Part shown: positions 38,192 through 53,475 of the stretch, piece after piece | Layout of the letters: every line of letters starts with the position of its first letter | Position numbering within the stretch: position 1 is the stretch's first letter | Source: Novakomyces olei | Lineage: Eukaryota | NCBI GenBank assembly: GCA_016906335.1 | Contig: JADEYG010000003.1 | Coordinates: 744,001 to 808,000 of the forward strand | Direction of reading: 5' to 3' | DNA: 64,000 nt | The notes under the pieces: model-generated | What the model saw: only the letters and a program-made list of their open reading frames with translations | What the model was told of the DNA's origin: nothing | Database searches by the model: none | Program-made: the position numbers and the translations under genes

Positions 38192-40562
38192 CTAAAAGGA
38201 GGCAATAAAGTCCTCAATGTGCTTGCGCAGCTTTTGCTCAGTCTCCTTGGACAATTGGCCAGTCGATCGGATAGCGTCCAAAGCGTCCTTGCCCTCATTC
38301 TTCATGTAAGACAGCAGCTTGTGCTCAAACTCGGTGATACGCTCAACTGGAATATCGTCAATCAGACCCTGGATACCAGCATAGAGCACGGGGATCATCT
38401 CCTCCGCGTCCAGAGGATGGTATTGCGGCTGCTTCAGCAGTTCAGTGAGACGGATACCACGGGCCAGAGTGGAGCGGGTGGAAGCATCCAGATCAGAGCC
38501 AAACTGTGCAAAAGCTTGCAACTCACGGTACTGGGCAAGGAAGAGCTTGAGCGAACCAGCCACGCTCTTCATGGCCTTGACCTGAGCAGCGGAGCCGACA
38601 CGGGACACAGACAGACCGACGTTGATGGCCGGGCGGATACCCTTAAAGAAAAGCTCAGACTCCAAAAAGATTTGTCCGTCAGTGATGGAAATCACGTTGG
38701 TGGGAATGTAAGCAGACACATCACCTCCTTGTGTCTCAATGACTGGCAGAGCAGTCAGAGAGCCACCACCGTGCTCGTTGCTCATCTTGGCCGCACGCTC
38801 CAGCAGACGGGAGTGCAGGTAAAAGACATCACCGGGGTAGGCCTCACGTCCGGGAGGACGACGGAGCAGCAGAGACATTTGACGGTAAGCAACGGCCTGC
38901 TTGGACAAATCGTCGTACACAATAACGGCGTGCTTTCCATTGTCACGGAACCATTCACCAATTGCGCATCCAGCAAAAGGTGCAATGTACTGCAGAGGAG
39001 CAGCCTCAGAGGCAGTGGCGGCCACAATAGTGGTGTACTTGAGCGCATCATTCTCCTCCAGAGTCTTTACAAACTGTGCGACAGTAGAACGCTTCTGGCC
39101 AACGGCAACGTAAACACAGTAGAGCTTCTTCTTCTCATCAGTGCCATCGTTCCACTTCTTTTGGTTCAGAATGGTATCAAGAGCAATAGCAGTCTTGCCA
39201 GTCTGACGATCACCGATGATCAGCTCACGCTGTCCACGGCCTACGGGCACCATAGAGTCAACGGCCTTGAGTCCAGTTTGCATGGGCTCACGTACGGATG
39301 TACGAGGCAGAATTCCGGGTGCCTTAACACCGACACGGCGACGGATCTTTGCGTTCAGGGGGCCCTTGCCATCGATGGGGTTGCCGAGAGCGTCAACAAC
39401 ACGTCCCAACAGCTCCTCTCCGACGGGTACATCAACAATGCTTCCGGTACGCTTTACAACCTCTCCCTCACGCACAAGACGATCAGAACCGAAAAGCACA
39501 ATACCCGCTACATTGGCCTCCAAGTTGAGAGCCATACCAAGGACACCAGATGAGAACTCTACGAGCTCCTCAGCCTGGCAATTGGCCAGACCAGAGACAC
39601 GGGCAATACCGTCACCAATGGTCAAAACACGTCCGGTTTCGCGAATATCGAGATCAGCACCGGCACCGCGGATCTTCTCTTCCAAAAGAGAAGAGACCTC
39701 AGTTGGGCCGGCACGAGCTTCCGCATAGCCACGGACCGCAGCAGACGCACGGGGCTGGAAGAGTTAGTCATGAAACCTGAACAATTGATCCGGGTGTCGA
39801 AAATACAAATAGCGGCTAGATAATAGACAGGATTTGCTAAGCAGAGAAGAGAAAACTGGTCATAGTTGTCCAGAGCGCCAACGGCCAAAGAGAAACCCAT
39901 TAGCACACAAAGCATTCCAGGCCCGATATTTCTCAACCGGCCGGCGTTGCTAAGCAATGAATAGGAGTGTAGAATTATAATTGCGGAGTAATAATTGCAA
40001 TAAAATTGCAATAGAGTAATAACAATAGACTAATAATAACAATAGCATAACAGCATAATAATAACAAGACAAATGTGCAATATGATGACTTGATTTCAAG
40101 TAATCTAGTAAAATATATAATATGGACAAAAGATGGAAAGAAAGTATGTAGAGAAAGAAAACATGGTTATAATAGCAAAACAAATAATAAATAAGAAAAG
40201 GCGCATCCGGAAAGGCGCGGTAAGGGCAAAAAAAGACGCCATTGCTTTAAGCAGAAGAACGAAATTCCATAGCAATCAAGACAATCGTCCAATTGAACAC
40301 TTCACAAGGCCCATTCGTCAAGGCAGAAAGGTAATTGAGCATTAAATCAAGTCTTTAAACAAAAATTTTCGTCCCAGTATAGTGCCTGGATAGTTCTGTC
40401 CCGGCCAGAGACGGATCAAATTGGGACGGAAAACTCGTAAAGCGCACGACAAACGACACCCGGAAACGAAACAATCACAAGTGAAGCACTTACCACAAAT
40501 GAGGTGGCCGGCGCGCGGCGCGCGGCTACACGCAAAGAAGCAGCGGCAGCAGAGCGAAACAT
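38192..40562 (-). CDS. ATP1: Mitochondrial F1-ATPase alpha subunit
   Basis: Exon 1 (40494-40562) encodes presequence [23 protein letters not shown]; intron 39755-40493; [32 protein letters not shown]. Confidence 0.98.
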
Positions 40563-41181
40563 CTTCCGTTAGCACAGGATATATGCTGGGGGCGTTTTTT
40601 CCTGGGTGCGTGTTTCTTTTTGGCTTGAAAAGAAGAGTGATATTCGTAAGTAATTTTTGTGTAGGGTTTAGTGTAATACTTCCATGTAAAATATATTACA
40701 CTTTATAAGGAATATTATATGCAAAAAATGTCATGCATTTTATTGTATATGGCATCTGTTGTGTAGAGTATAAAGAAGAGTCGTACAATACGCACTTTGT
40801 GTCTATTCAAATAGACACTAATTCGTTTTGCGTGGAGTTGGCAGCCAAAGGTATCAAGCACAATTGCTAGACATCTTGCTAATTTGGGCTTGACTAGAAC
40901 TGGAATGTATATGAGATGCTTTGATTTGCAAGAATGCTTTTGAGATATATTACATTATATTGCACCTATGCCAGTATGGCGCTCGGCTGAGTGAGCCTTT
41001 GGTGTATACACGTTCTTGGTTTACATTTGCTTGTACAGCTAACAAAACGCCTTTTTCATTCCCAAATTAAATTTAAATGAAAAAAAATATATATATATAA
41101 CGACGAGAGAATACAAAATGAATATAGATACAAGTATGAATAAATAAACCGTTCCAAAAAATACATGTTAACCATCATTCC

Positions 41182-43483
41182 CTAGTCTATTTCTTCAATA
41201 TCGTCTTTGATAAGAGCATCATCTTCAGATGGAAGCGTTGCTTTTTCCATTGCTGCGGGTATTTCCGGAATCTGTAAAGATTCCTGCGGCACAGTGGCCT
41301 CGGTTAATGCCATCTCTACTGGTTGCGAACTCGATGACATCTTTACCAATTCCCTCAGTGATCCCAGCATTGCCCCAAAACTTGAATTTGCAAGCTTAGT
41401 TTTGGCCTTTTCTTGCTGAATTGCAAAAGCAAAGGGTAAAAGGTATAAAATGGCCTCTATAACACCACTGGATTCTTCTCTTTTGTACAAGGCAGACAGT
41501 ACTCGTTCTGCTTTCCGCAATTGTTCCTGCTGCCGTAGGAATATCCAGTGCTGTGAAGGATAGCGTAATTGATGCTCATTCTTGGGCCGCTTAGCATTGG
41601 CTGGAAGGTAATTCAACAAGCCTCGTACAGCCACTTGACCAGCAATTTGTGTGAGCCTTGGATTAGCCAAGGCTGCCGGGCTAGCAAGTAAAACATCGCT
41701 CTCACATAAAATGTCGCAGCATTCAGAGTATTGTTCAATGTCTTTGGTTGAGGGACCAAAATTTTCATGAAGTGCAGATACGAACGTCGGCAAATCTACA
41801 CCGCATGAGTTCAAAACTTGCTAATTTTAATTAGAAAGAGACGGCCAAAAGTATGAATATTTACTAAAATATGAAAATAATATAGACAAAAGAAAAGGAA
41901 AAGAAAAGAGAAATAGAATTTACATCCACATCGACCTCACTTGAACAAGTGTGTCGGCCATCGATATCGTCATTCGGTCCTAACTATTAGTCCTCGTCTA
42001 AAAACTGATAGTTCCTTACTTTTATTATATACCACCTTGCCCAAACTGTGCGGGAGACCGAGTGAAGGTGGCCTGGCACTCGCCAAGTCCGCGGCCTGAG
42101 AGGCATTGTGTGTTGTAAGCAAAAACTGAAGGCAATTTATAGCCGCTCGAATATCGCCATGGCTGATATCAGCCACGTTTGATATGAACTCTTTGCTCAA
42201 CTTGCCGCTGCGCAACTTTTTTTGAGCACCTCTGGGCAATTTTGCGTATCGCTCATACACAGACGTCAAGGCTTTAGCCATGTTTGTTTTCGAAACCGCA
42301 GGAATACTGTACATTAGCGACAAAGAAGTTTTATTTACCATATAGACACACAAATATGCATAAATAAATAATATAATTAAAAACGTAAAATTAAAAAAAA
42401 AGGGAGGATAAACTTAGGATAAAAGTAAAATCAGTTAGCAATGGCAAGATATGCTGCAACTTAAATTTGGCAAAATTTTAGAGCAGCAAAAGACAAAAGC
42501 ACTTACTTTACACTCGCCACCATTGGATGATCCAAGATAGAAGCACCTAATAAAGCCTTCACATTGACATGGGCAGCTTTCGCTCCCGACGAGTTATCTA
42601 CCATTTCTGAGCCGCCATGATCGCCGTGCTCAATGCTCTCTGTAACCACGAGAATCACGGGCCGCGTACTGCGTACTGTCTCGATCCTCGATAAAAGTTG
42701 CTCGCAAAACCGTCGAGTTCCATCCCCGCTGGTAAAAACAAAAGAAGGTAATTCGTCAAACAAAACCATAGATTTTTGCGCTTGAGGTCTCACTTCCATC
42801 CTTGCCGATGCCGCCTTGCCGTTTTCCTTTGAACCGGTTTGTGAAGACGTTAATTGTTCGCTCCTAGCATCAAGTGCCTTATAAGATTCCGTAATGCTAA
42901 GAAACCTTTTGCATTTTTGCACAACTGATTCGTAGCGTGAATCCTGTGTATAATTCGAATCAATCTCTGATTCGTCCCATTGTACGAGATGTATACCGAG
43001 TTCTTCAGCAGCCAATCTGACAGCTGCAGACTTGCCCGCACCAGACGGACCGTAAACAACGAGCAGGCGTGAGCCGAGCATTCGACCAGCAGGCGGCTGA
43101 GAGGCAAAGCGAGCCATCCATCCTCGAATAAAGTCAAATTTTGCCTTGTTTACAGCTAATTCTGTGCTTGATTTGGGAGCAAATCTATCGAGCCATAGAT
43201 CGCTTGCTCCATCAGACGGCGTGTTTGGCAGGGTTTCACGCGTTTCATTGTCAGAGACAATTTCAATATCTTCTTCGCTGTCATCGGCACGCGGGCGTTT
43301 GATGCCTGAAGTTGCTGCAGTAGCACGGAAATATGAATGCAGCCTTGATGAAGCCTTTTCGTCGTTTAATTGATCATTGTCTAGGTGTGGTCTTTTTTGA
43401 AGCACCGAGCGAGCGTTTGATTTTGCTTTCGGTTTCGCTTTAGTCGAGCCACGCGGCCGTGGCTTTACACCTTCACGCGCCAT
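41182..43483 (-). CDS. RAD17: Checkpoint clamp-loader Rad17/Rad24 (RFC-like AAA+)
   Basis: LWLDRFAPKSSTELAVNKAK, Walker A GPSGAGKS, GDIRAAINCLQF, HSLGKVVYNK, LHENF; three introns. Confidence 0.87.
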
Positions 43484-44472
43484 TTTTCAGCGGCTTTAAT
43501 CATCGATGCATTTGATTGTAGTCCCCCTCGACCGTAAATTAATTGAAACGAGTTTCCCTGGTAACGAGACAAAGTCTCAACGAATTCAATTTCTTTCAAT
43601 TGAACACAATAAATGTCAAAGTCGAAAAGACAGCCAAAATGTATTTAAAACTGTCAAATTGATATTTAGACCTCGTGACCTTGACTCATCCTTTGGCCTG
43701 CAGGTCCAAATGCAGGTCGGTATTTATTTATTAATTATTTCAATATTCCCTTGTTTATCATTCAATTGTTTATTATTCTATTATTTAATATTAAATATTT
43801 TAATATTCTAATATTAAATAATTTAATATTCTAATATTTTTTTATTCTAATATTTTAATATTTTTTACCATGCACAGATAAATGATGCAATTATATAGAC
43901 TATATAATATTAAGAGTGCTTTGGTTGCTGTATAGTAGATTGCAGGTCTTGTTGAAGCCTTAATTTGTTGACGCTGAGACGCTACTTTGTTGCCGATTTC
44001 CATTGCTAGAAGCCATTTATATATGCATACTTCGCATGCTGATCTATGGATCCTCTGTATCACTTGCACTTAAAAACGAGACAATGTCATTTTGAGACAA
44101 TGTTTAATTAGTTGTTACGGCTAGGCCCCTAACAACGTGATTACACTTAAAATAAAAGTTCCGTTTGGCTGTCAAATAGTACATGAATATTCAATTGTCT
44201 ATCCTTGATGGAATTGTAAAAATTCGTTTATTTACAAGCTCGAGCCCGATGCATTTCGTCAGCAATTAGTCTGATCGACTCGGATACGAGGTCATTCGTC
44301 TGCCTCCATATATTAATAATCCATGTGCTAAATCAGCCCCTATACAACATACATATGAATGTAATATTACGAAATAAAAACATTTAATATAGTGGACTAC
44401 ATCATTAACGTACGTCGTTTACGGCTCGTACATGAAAGCTGACACAGAGGTTTAAAGCTTTGGGGCAGTAAA

Positions 44473-47246
44473 ATGGCCTCGCTGGATTTGGCCAGCGCCG
44501 GTCCGAGTCTTAAGCGGCCGTACGAACGTATTCGTGACAGTGGTAGCGACGGATCATGGGTTCTGTACACGTACGCGGGAGGAAACGGCAACGAGCTGCG
44601 GGTACAGAGTGAGGGTACTGGAGGCATTGATGAGCTCAAAGAGGACTTGAGTGAAAGCAAAGTGCAATATGGGTTTATCCGCCTTACAGATTCTAATACT
44701 GGACTGCCAAAGTTTGTTTTACTAGGCTGGGTATGACGGAAGCATTCGCGTTCTTTATTTTAGTTTATTTTACTTTAGTTTAATTTAATTTTTTGATTGC
44801 GAGGCTAATTCGTCGTATAGTGTGGTGAATCCGCTCCGGGACAACGAAAGGGTCTGTTCATGTCACACTTGAATCAGGTGGCAAAATTATTGGAGGTATT
44901 GCAATATGAACCGTGATGAATTGCTTATTCTTGAACAGGGGTACCATTTGCAGATTACTGCCCGAGACCTTGATAACGTGGACAGCACGGAAATTGCCAA
45001 GAAGCTGGCCGATTCAAGTGGTGCAAAGTATGGGTCGGGCAAGCCAGAATCAGCCAGAGTCATTTCGCCTGCGAGTACCGGCCAAAGTCGATACGGTGCT
45101 GCGAGACCTACTGTAAGTGACAATTGCCCTGTAACAGTTTCATCATACAATGGACAAGTAGGCTGTTTGAAAAGGAAAGAAAAAGGAAGAAAAGATTAAC
45201 GTGAAGGAATAAAAGCAAAAAGAATGAACTCAATGTGTATAGATTTTAATTCGAGACCGAATACTGACGTTTAGGTCTCTGGCGCTACCAGCTCAGCTCC
45301 AGTAAGGCTTCCTGGTCTGGCCAAGGAAACGGGATCGTTCGAGAACAGCAAATCCTTGCGTACACCAATAAATTATATCAATACCAGCTCAGAAGCGGCG
45401 CGAAATACAAGTGCCACCGATGACGATGATGGCTGGGACCGTACTCCCGACGCAAAACAAGGCGAACCAGAGTCGGTACCGAGCGCTTATAAGCCAGTGA
45501 GAGTTAATATGGCAGAGCTCAAAAGCCAAAACAGTCCCAAGCCAGTTCTTAATGCCCCATCACCATCTGCCTCAGCAAGCACAGCAGCCGAACCAAGTTC
45601 GCCTGATACAGTAAAGAGCTCAAATCCCGGCTCTTCACGGTCCGAAATAGAGGAACTGCGTATGCGTGGAATCGGCAGTTTACGTGCAAAGTTTCAAGGC
45701 CAAAACGATACAGACGGAGCGAAACCTGCGCAACAGACGAGTCCATCTGTTGCTTCAAGGTGGCCGCCATCTTCTGCTTCCTCCTCGTCTACTTTTAGTG
45801 AAAAACCTTCATCGTTTTCGGTTGGTAAAGCGCCAAGTATTGGAACGAAACCCACGTTGCCTGGCAGCTTTGGAGCACCAAAGACAGAGAGCAAGGCAAC
45901 AGGGCAAATTCGTAATTATGGAACCAACGAATCAGGCAAAACTCCTCAGCAGCTTTGGGAGGAGCGTAGAGCAGCCCGTCAAGGCAGTTCCTCTATGGGA
46001 ACAAGCAGAGTAAAACCAGAACCAACTGTTCCACCGGGACACGAGCCGTCTGCTGTTGCAACCCAGGCTGAAAATGATCAGCATGCTGATGTCAGCAGTT
46101 TGCGTGAACGGTTCAGCCACCAAAGTTTGGACTCTAAAACACAAGTGGAAGCTCCTTCTGCTGATCTCCGTCCAGACTCTCATTCCCATATCAAAGCTCT
46201 GCAAGAGCAACTGGCAAAACAAGAGGAAACAGATGAAGTGGAGGATGAAGTCGATACCGTGCCGGAGAGTTCGACAGTCTCAGCAGCCAAAAATGCTTTA
46301 CCAAGTCCAAGTCAGTCTTCCTTCCCAGCGAGAGCGCCTATGGCTTCGCCAGGCCAAATTCCGTTTACAAATAACGCTAAACAGGAAGAAGAAGAGGAGG
46401 AGAATGATTGGGGCGATGAGGATGATAAGACATCTGAACAAGAAATTCCAGCTCGTGCTTTTGCTGCTCAACAAAGTAATATTCCAGCACCGCCTGTCCC
46501 TAATTCTTCAAGACCAGGACCGCCTTTACCTTCTCAAATTCGTCCAGCTCCAAGCCAGCCAGAACCAGAGCCTGAATCAGAGCCTGAACCAGAGCCTGAA
46601 CCAGAGCCTGAACCAGAGCCTGAACCAGAGCCTGAACCAGAGCCTGAGCCTGAGCCTGAGTCTGAGCCAGCAGTATCGGCTCAACCAGGAGCAGAGCAAG
46701 GCGTTAAAGCAAAAGTCCTGTATGATTATGAGGCACAAGAAGACAATGAGATGAATTTGGTGGAGGACGAAGTTATTGTAGACGTGCAAAAGCCTGATAG
46801 CGACTGGTGGTCTGGCCGGTCATTGGACGGAACACGTCAAGGATTATTCCCATGTAAGTTTAAAGCAAGGCAAAGCTTTGAAAATAAAAAATCAAGAGAG
46901 TAAAACTGTACAAAGTGTATGAATAAAATAATAACGATAATAATGGAGAGGACAAAAAGTTTATTATACTAACATTTTAGCAAACTATGTCGAAGAATTG
47001 CCATCTGAATCTGAACCCAATCCTGAACCAGCAGAATTGGCGGAGCCAGAAGTAGAGGCAGAATCCGAGCATGGCGAAAATGCAGAGGCTCTTTACGACT
47101 ACGAAGCTCAGGAAGACAACGAGCTGAGTTTCCAGGAGGGCGAGGTGATATACGATATCGAAAAAGTGGACAAGGACTGGTGGGCCGGCAGGGCCGCTGA
47201 TGGCAGCCGTGGTCTTTTCCCCGCGAACTATGTCAAAGTTGTTTAG
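44473..47246 (+). CDS. ABP1: Actin-binding protein Abp1/drebrin-like (ADF-H domain, Pro/Glu-rich linker, two SH3 domains)
   Basis: [16 protein letters not shown] motif; two SH3 domains ([11 protein letters not shown]...WW.G...GLFPANYV); four introns; coding (CCAGAG/CCTGAA)n repeat at 46557-46668. Confidence 0.9.
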
Positions 47247-48064
47247 CGCTAAGGGTTTGTATGTATGCTATCTTTGTGTACTCCTTTACGACCTATCCAA
47301 TCCACTTGCCATAGCCAAAATTGGTGTCTAGTTAATTACAATGTTACTATCTAATTTTACAAACTAAATATCACCTCAACGCGCGATGAAGGTGCAATGG
47401 CAGTCAAGGGATTAAAGTAGCTTTGTGCTGCTACCAAGGCAGACCGTATACTTTAGCAAGCAAATTTCCTTCATACTGCTTTATTTTCTAAATGCTTTCG
47501 AGCCAAAGAACCGTAGCACCTTATAAATATCAAAATTACCGTTTTGGGCTACATATCAGCCTTGAATAGTGCTGATGTAAAGAGCGAGCGATGGAAAGCA
47601 AGAATCGCACCTTTAGAAAGCCTTTGTAGGTTTCAGCAGAAAGTAGTATATAAGCAGGAAATTTCCCAAGCAGTCGGTCTATTCACAAACACGGCCCAGG
47701 CCAAGTCGAAGAAAATTTTATAAATCACAAACTCTATCCAAAAAGGAGCAAAGAAATTAAATGAAGTATTAATGAAAGAGAAAAGAACAATATAAGAACG
47801 AGTTCAAGTCACGAGACTTTATATCTTTAAAAACTCTAAAGAATTTAACCAATTCAACTATTGCTTTATTGCTCTCTACCAATTGACCTCACAATTGCTG
47901 ATTTCTGTTCGCTCTTGCCTCGTGCACTCCTCCCTCTCGCTCCATTCCATTACCTGACCGCTATATTATTTACTAGTTTACCAATTTATTATCAATTTAT
48001 TATCAATTTATTATCAATTTATTTATTCGTTAATTAATTATTCATATAAATATTATTTATTTAC

Positions 48065-51359
<3,295 letters not shown>

Positions 51360-51742
51360 GCTGAACGGGAGGTTTGCATAGCATTGTTTTATTTAGATTC
51401 GGGTTCGTTTTCTACCTACCATTTACCACGATTTGGATTCTTGCAGGGGCGGCTGGTGTAAATTAGACTTTTTCTTCAATTTAGTATATAGTATTAATTA
51501 CACAAGTCAAAAATAGACTTTTGAAACAATTAAATCAGATAAAGATGTTGGCCAAGACGGGGAAATGATTGAAACATGTTGAGTCCAGCTGCATGAAATT
51601 GCCTTGAAGAACGAGTTTAAGGAAAGCGGTTTTTGTTATTATTGTCTTGACCTCTTTTTTTTTTTCTTTTTCTTTTTTTTTGCTTTTGTGTGGCCTGTTT
51701 GTGGTAAATCGGGAAGGATATCGAGAAGGGTATGAATGATGT

Positions 51743-52548
51743 CTATAATACACCCAAGCTGTACGTGTTAGTAAGAAGCACAAAGTCTCAAGCTTACAAG
51801 TCTTCTTTAATGGTGGCAATGGCGAACTGCGAAGAGTTAGTACAAAAGCGAGACAAAGATGGAGGGATACAATTTCCGTAGCGTCTGTGCGTGTTCCCAC
51901 AATTTTGAGTCGCACTTTGGCGCCTTTTTCAATGAGCTGGTCTTCTCCAGTATAACAGGGCGGATTTGCAGCAGGATCGAAGCGCATATCCGCAGGAATC
52001 AACTGTGAAATTGAGCATTTAGCGTACAACAAGCAAAGACGTAAAAACGAATAAAAAAACGGGATAAGCAAAAGGCAAACAAAATTGCGACAATCGGGAA
52101 TAGTGTATTAATTGCAAAGGGCAGTAATATTGATAATAAAAGGTGTAAAAAATATGCTCCATACGTGAGACGACACAAAGACAGAAAGCGGCCCAACGTC
52201 AGCAAAAAACCCCATTTTATTCACGTTTGCTACAACGGCATCCACTACTTCTCCCTAAACAATTAATATAATACATCGTAAACGACAAGTCCACACCTTG
52301 AACGGCCGCCATACAATAGCCTTGTACTTGACTTCAAACTCAGCATGGCCACGGCCGGGTATAATCTTGCCTGCGCCAATATCGACCTTGCTGCTGTCCA
52401 ATACACATACAATGTACCCATACTGGCCGGAGCACGTACCCTCTACGTCCGCTAATAGCTTCATTTTCAAGTACTCGCGCAGCCTCGGCCCAAAAAACGA
52501 TGGGTGTAGTGTGATTGTGAGGGAAAGGTCTTTTAAAAAGAACCCCAT
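51743..52548 (-). CDS. RPB7: RNA polymerase II subunit Rpb7
   Basis: [73 protein letters not shown]; four introns; ends LGVL*. Confidence 0.96.
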
Positions 52549-53475
52549 TGTGCCTTAATTTTTTATTTATTTATTTTTATTATTTTTATTTTTTAAATAA
52601 AAAAGGGAAAATTTATGATCCCCGTCCGCCTCAATGTACGCGAGTCCTCCCCGTCACCGTCGCCCGTCGCCCTGCGACCTTGGCCTGACCCTTGGCCCCG
52701 TCGGTGCCGCGCTTGACGAATCCTTCCACGTTTAACCCTTGTGCTTGCTCTCGCTATACTCTCGTACTTTTCTGCTCGACAAGCTAGTCGCTCAATTTAC
52801 CCTCAAACGCGAACCCAAGGACGCAAAAAAGACTGTAAGCAGCGCAAGAAAACCCTTGCAACAACACACTGTGCGCGCTGCTGTAGCGCACTGCAGTCGT
52901 GTGCCGCAATAAAGTCTCAGACTCTCGTCGCCACTGTTGTTGGAAGGGTAAAAGGCAGTTTCGGGATCAATAAGAGTCAGGGTTTTTTGTACTCGTTGTA
53001 TGTATAATTTGACATGATAGAATAGGTATAATTTCGAGAACAATACAGATATAATACATACATAATACAGATATAATAGAGAGAATACGTACGAGAATAA
53101 TACAAAGAAAAATACAAAGAATAATACGAGAATAATACAGAGAAAAGTACAGCGATAGTATAGCGAATAATACAGGTCTGATATTCAAAAATCTACAGTA
53201 TCTATATATTGGCTATATATAACGAAATCCAGTCTCATTCTATAAAAATAACGCCAACACGGTCGCTTTTTGTGCACCAAAGACGGAGCGCAATGTAGTC
53301 GAAAGGCCCACGCGATTGACAGGCAAACAAAGTGGCAAACGGCAAATATAATCATTGAATCCGTACCGATTCATTGGCGATTATTCTTATACAGTCGCAC
53401 TGTTTTATTAATACAGGTGCGCGTCACCTACGTCATTCAGTCGGCTGTATTGGCTGCGATTGTCCACAGCAATAA

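Noticed and set aside
38084-39553. 489-aa plus-strand ORF antisense to ATP1
   Set aside because: Shadow ORF expected from the strong codon bias of a highly expressed gene; it has a TTG start and no protein-like motifs
40563-40575. GCTAACGGAAG immediately before the ATP1 ATG, resembling a 5'-UTR intron acceptor
   Set aside because: No convincing donor consensus upstream; it cannot be supported without transcript data
52945-52965. U5 snRNA loop-1 nonamer GCCUUUUAC on the minus strand
   Set aside because: The flanks do not form the closing stem and no downstream Sm site is evident
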